Origin: Deltaproteobacteria bacterium
Lineage (GTDB): Bacteria > SAR324 > NAC60-12
DNA: 10,278 nt
Direction: 5' to 3'
NCBI GenBank assembly: GCA_038150265.1
Contig: JAYOTF010000063.1
Location: 1 to 10,278, forward strand
Made by a program: the position numbers and the translations under genes. Shown piece by piece: positions 7,049 to 10,278 of the stretch. The notes under the pieces were generated by a model. That model searched no databases. It was not told where the DNA came from and was given only the letters and a program-made list of their open reading frames with translations. Position 1 is the first letter of the stretch; every line of letters starts with the position of its first letter.

Positions 7049-9828
7049 GCGCCCGCTTGTGCGGCAGACGGGTCGGGCTTCAGGTTCGGGGTTCCCTTCA
7101 GCTTGCTGTGCTGAGAGGCAATCGCATTTGCCTGCTCCCTCAGTTGGTCCTGCTCCAGACCTGAGAGGTTGCCCTCCTTGATGACATAAAAGGACGTTTG
7201 CACCACCTTGCGCCAGCGGGGCTTGTCGGGGAGGCTGCTGAGGCTGAGGTAGCGGTCAAAGCCTCGGGTCCGCCAGCCACCTCGCGAGGCATCGAGGTAC
7301 GCGCCCCACAGTCCGGACTGCTGGGCCAGGTCCAGCTTCGTCAGCCCGGTAGTCTGTTCCCAGTACGTCACATTCGCATTTTGCAGCTCCACCACGGCCT
7401 GGCAGAACTCCTCCCACGACGAGGTTTCCTGGCTTTGCTTTTCCTGAAACAGCTTCGCCTTCTGCAGGTGCGCCTTCACCCGAGCCTGGAGCTCCCGGGA
7501 GTGAATGGGTTTGCACAGGTAGTCATTGGCTCCCGCGTCAAACCCTCGTGAGATGTCTTCCGCCTGGTTGAGGGCCGTCAGCAGCAGGACCGGCAGCTCG
7601 TCTTCCGAATACTGGGCCCGGATCATCTCACAGGTTTCGTAGCCATCCAGGCCGGGCATCATCACATCCAGCAACACGAGGTCAATGGCGCCCACGCGCT
7701 CTTCCAGCAGACTCAGCGCCTCCTTTCCACTGGTGCTGGAAAACAGCGAGTAGTCCTCCTCTGCCAGCAGCCGCCGGACGACGCTCAGGTTGACCGGATC
7801 ATCATCCACCACCAGGATGGTGCCACTCTTCCCATCGGTTTTTTCCGAAAGCGAGAGGGACACCTGGCTTGAGGGCACCAGGCTCCGTGCGAAGTCAACC
7901 GGCGTTGCGACTTGCAGGGGCTCCTCTCCTGAAAACAGGGGCAGCCTCAGCTCAAAGGTGGTGCCTCCGGCTTCCGACGGGGGCAGGGCGGCAATGCTGC
8001 CTCCATGCGCCTCCGCCAGCAGCTTGCAGATGCTCAAGCCCAACCCGAATCCCGACACCGAGTCGTGACTCGCTTCCCGGTAAAACGGAGTGAAGATTTG
8101 CTCGCGCGCTTCCTCGGAAATTCCGGGTCCGTTGTCATGAACCTGAATCACGGCCCACCCTGACTCCTCACTTGCAGACACCCTCACCAGTCCCGGTTCC
8201 CCCGCATACTTGCTGGCATTGCCAATCAGGTTGAGCAGGATCTGCTGCAGCCGGTTGGAGTCGGCCCACAGCAGCGGAAAGGAATCGGGCACCTCGTCCT
8301 GAAAGACCACCCTGGAAGACACCGTCGGGTCCAGGAGGCGAAACGTCATGTTGAGCAGAGGCTTGAGCTGCGTGGCCACCGGCTCCAGCGACAGGCTTCC
8401 CTTCTGCAAGGAGGAGACATCCAGCAAATCGTTGATCAGGATCGCCAACCGCTGTGCATTTTCAATGATGACCTGCAACTGCTCACCGGCATCCGGGTCA
8501 CACTTCCGCGCGACTTCCTTCTGCAACGACTCCGACAGGCCAATGATGCCATGCAGAGGGGTCCGCAGCTCATGGGACGTGTTGGCCAGGATCTGGTTTT
8601 TGATCTCATCGGCCTTGCGCAAGTTCTCAATGGCAGCCTGCCGTGCCAGCTCGCGCTCTCGTCGCAAGATCCGGAACCGTGCGCCAATGGCCAGCAGCAG
8701 CAGGCACCCATGCAGAAATACCCCCGTGATTCCCGTCCACCCCCAGTACGGATTGCTGATCAGCCTCAGGTGCTCCAACGACTGAATGAGCACTGCGACC
8801 AGAATCGGGATCAGCGAGTACAAGTAATACCTCGCAATCGGATCTCCAGTTAGGTGGATCCGAAAGGTAATGGCAATGGCCACAAGGGCCTGAGTGGCTC
8901 CCAGGTACCGGAGGACGGTCGCAATCCCAAAGGCACTATTGGGAATGATCAGAATCAAAAGGGTCATTCCCAGATTGAACAGCACCATGCTGTTGATGAC
9001 GTACCACCCCCACCGAAACTTCTCTCGGGTGTCCAGGTATTTTTGCAAAAAGACCCATCCGTGCAAATAAGTCATGACGTGCAAAATCCAGGAGTACTTG
9101 ATGAAGGCATCAACCTGGTCAGAGAACAAATGGCCCAGATCCACCCGGGCCCAAAACAGCCAAAAGGAACTGAGCAGGAGACTGAAGAACAGGTAACTCG
9201 TCTCCTTGAACCAGAAAAACATGATCAAACTGAACAGGACCAGCACCAGAAAGGCCCCATAAAACAAGTACTTTCTTTCACGAATCTTGATCTGGAACGT
9301 GGAAAAGGCTTCCAGGGTCTGCAAACTGAGGGGAAGGTAGAAGGAGAAGCCCGGCTCCACGCGCAGGAGCAGGGTTTGACGTTCCTGTGGAGCCAGGTGG
9401 AGCGAAAACAGGGGAACCCGGTAGGTCACGACCGGAAACTCATGCTCGTGCAGCAAGCCCGCCTGCTGAAGCTCACCGACTCCTTCTGCACCCTCAACCT
9501 GCAGCACCACCTCCGAGGTCAGCTCATTTCCCACCTGCAGCCACCAGTCCTGCGGCTGCTCCGTCTTGTTGTGCAGCTCCACGCGCAACCAGTACACCGA
9601 CTGCTTGAATCCAATCTGGAATTGCCCCTCCGGACGCTTGAAAACCAGCTGCTCCTGCTGCTGTTGAAAATCAGCAAAGCTCCAGCTTCCCTCCGGCTCT
9701 TCGTAGTACTCCACCACTGGAACCAGCGAAATACGCTCCTGGTCTGCTGCAAGGGACACCCGTGTTTGTGCCTGCACGCTCCAGCTCCATGCCAACAGCC
9801 CCAGTAAAAACCAGCCCGAAAATTTCAT
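7045..9828 (-). CDS. Hybrid sensor histidine kinase: 7TMR-DISM extracellular domain + 7TM + HisKA + HATPase_c + REC + ChiS-like C-terminal DNA-binding domain
   Basis: 927 aa. Signal peptide; DISMED2-like motifs (IGFKQSVYWLRVEL, FSLHLAPQERQTLLLRV); about 7 TM helices. H-box SHELRTPL (His at 8572-8574), N-box LQQILLNLIGNASKY, G1 HDNGPGI, G2 GFGLGLSI. REC motifs LVVDDD, LLDVMMP (Asp at 7666-7668), LLTA, YLCKP. An extra domain of about 100 aa follows the REC. Confidence 0.92.
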   Translation of the reverse strand: MKFSGWFLLGLLAWSWSVQAQTRVSLAADQERISLVPVVEYYEEPEGSWSFADFQQQQEQLVFKRPEGQFQIGFKQSVYWLRVELHNKTEQPQDWWLQVGNELTSEVVLQVEGAEGVGELQQAGLLHEHEFPVVTYRVPLFSLHLAPQERQTLLLRVEPGFSFYLPLSLQTLEAFSTFQIKIRERKYLFYGAFLVLVLFSLIMFFWFKETSYLFFSLLLSSFWLFWARVDLGHLFSDQVDAFIKYSWILHVMTYLHGWVFLQKYLDTREKFRWGWYVINSMVLFNLGMTLLILIIPNSAFGIATVLRYLGATQALVAIAITFRIHLTGDPIARYYLYSLIPILVAVLIQSLEHLRLISNPYWGWTGITGVFLHGCLLLLAIGARFRILRRERELARQAAIENLRKADEIKNQILANTSHELRTPLHGIIGLSESLQKEVARKCDPDAGEQLQVIIENAQRLAILINDLLDVSSLQKGSLSLEPVATQLKPLLNMTFRLLDPTVSSRVVFQDEVPDSFPLLWADSNRLQQILLNLIGNASKYAGEPGLVRVSASEESGWAVIQVHDNGPGISEEAREQIFTPFYREASHDSVSGFGLGLSICKLLAEAHGGSIAALPPSEAGGTTFELRLPLFSGEEPLQVATPVDFARSLVPSSQVSLSLSEKTDGKSGTILVVDDDPVNLSVVRRLLAEEDYSLFSSTSGKEALSLLEERVGAIDLVLLDVMMPGLDGYETCEMIRAQYSEDELPVLLLTALNQAEDISRGFDAGANDYLCKPIHSRELQARVKAHLQKAKLFQEKQSQETSSWEEFCQAVVELQNANVTYWEQTTGLTKLDLAQQSGLWGAYLDASRGGWRTRGFDRYLSLSSLPDKPRWRKVVQTSFYVIKEGNLSGLEQDQLREQANAIASQHSKLKGTPNLKPDPSAAQAGA

Positions 9829-9867
9829 AAAAATACATTAAAAATGAAAATAAGAGTTAAAGCGCCA

Positions 9868-9884
9868 CGCAAAAACGCAGCCAT
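9868..9884 (-). promoter_or_regulatory. Candidate sigma54 (-24/-12) promoter of the hybrid kinase
   Basis: Minus strand ATGGCTGCGTTTTTGCG: TGGC...TTGC with exact GG-N10-GC spacing, about 40 nt upstream of the ATG at 9828. Confidence 0.45.
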
Positions 9885-10094
9885 AAAAAAAATTTTTATC
9901 CTGAAAACAACGTCTATTCGGAGCCCTCAATCGCGGAGGTGACTCACCCATGAAATTTTTTTCGTCGTTTCTCTGCTCAGGGTTTCAGGCCGAGTCAGAA
10001 ATAGCCCGAGAGTATAGCGACCTCTCCAATAAATTGCACGGTCCAAAGCAGATGACTTTATTGACCGTCCTCCTAACGCGTCAAAAGCTTACCG

Positions 10095-10107
10095 AATCAA
10101 GCACTTG
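10095..10107 (+). promoter_or_regulatory. Candidate IHF binding site
   Basis: AATCAAGCACTTG is a perfect match to WATCAANNNNTTR and overlaps the dyad TCAAG-CA-CTTGA (10097-10108). Confidence 0.45.
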
Positions 10108-10227
10108 AGTTCCCAGTAGGCTTCCTAAATGAGCCTTTCAGAAAAATAATTATTACTGTCAGACTTTTTCAGAGTGCCCCCATTCCTGCAGGTGGTTTTT
10201 TTGGGAGAAACCGAGGGGCGTTCAATT

Positions 10228-10246
10228 CCGCTCCAAAATCGACCGC
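10228..10246 (+). repeat. 19-bp dispersed motif, copy 2 (CCGCTCCAAAATCGACCGC)
   Basis: Exact reverse complement of 2304-2322. The core CTCCAAAAT recurs 24 bp later (10255-10263). Confidence 0.9.
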
Positions 10247-10278
10247 AATCTCACCTCCAAAATAAATACAACAAAAAC

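Noticed and set aside
8854..9807. 317-aa Gln/Lys-rich plus-strand ORF
   Set aside because: Its composition is simply the reverse complement of Leu/Phe codons in the kinase TM region.
2304..10246. 19-bp inverted copies as transposon ends or CRISPR repeats
   Set aside because: There is no transposase or target-site duplication, and the enclosed DNA holds essential genes (bamA, lolD, tRNA). Two copies 7.9 kb apart with no spacers or cas genes do not form an array.

Overview
GC-rich Gram-negative bacterial chromosomal window. A deltaproteobacteria/SAR324-like origin is a guess from gene content only. Left to right: (1) a secreted FecR-domain protein on the minus strand, running off the left edge and absent from the ORF track, in an operon with a predicted outer-membrane beta-barrel protein carrying an Ig-like N-terminal domain; (2) an AT-rich regulatory region; (3) tRNA-Leu(UAA); (4) a membrane-anchored J-domain protein; (5) a divergent lolD-bamA pair lacking its usual neighbours lolC/E and skp-lpxD; (6) a convergent 927-aa hybrid sensor kinase (7TM-DISM sensor, HisKA, HATPase, REC) ending in a domain that closely resembles the ChiS-family DNA-binding domain; (7) a second AT-rich regulatory region. 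The most striking signal is an exact 19-bp motif (CCGCTCCAAAATCGACCGC) present in both regulatory regions, 7.9 kb apart in inverted orientation. Each copy lies downstream of a perfect IHF consensus on the same strand. This suggests a membrane-embedded, directly DNA-binding sensor kinase together with candidate target sites. No mobile element or CRISPR array is visible.
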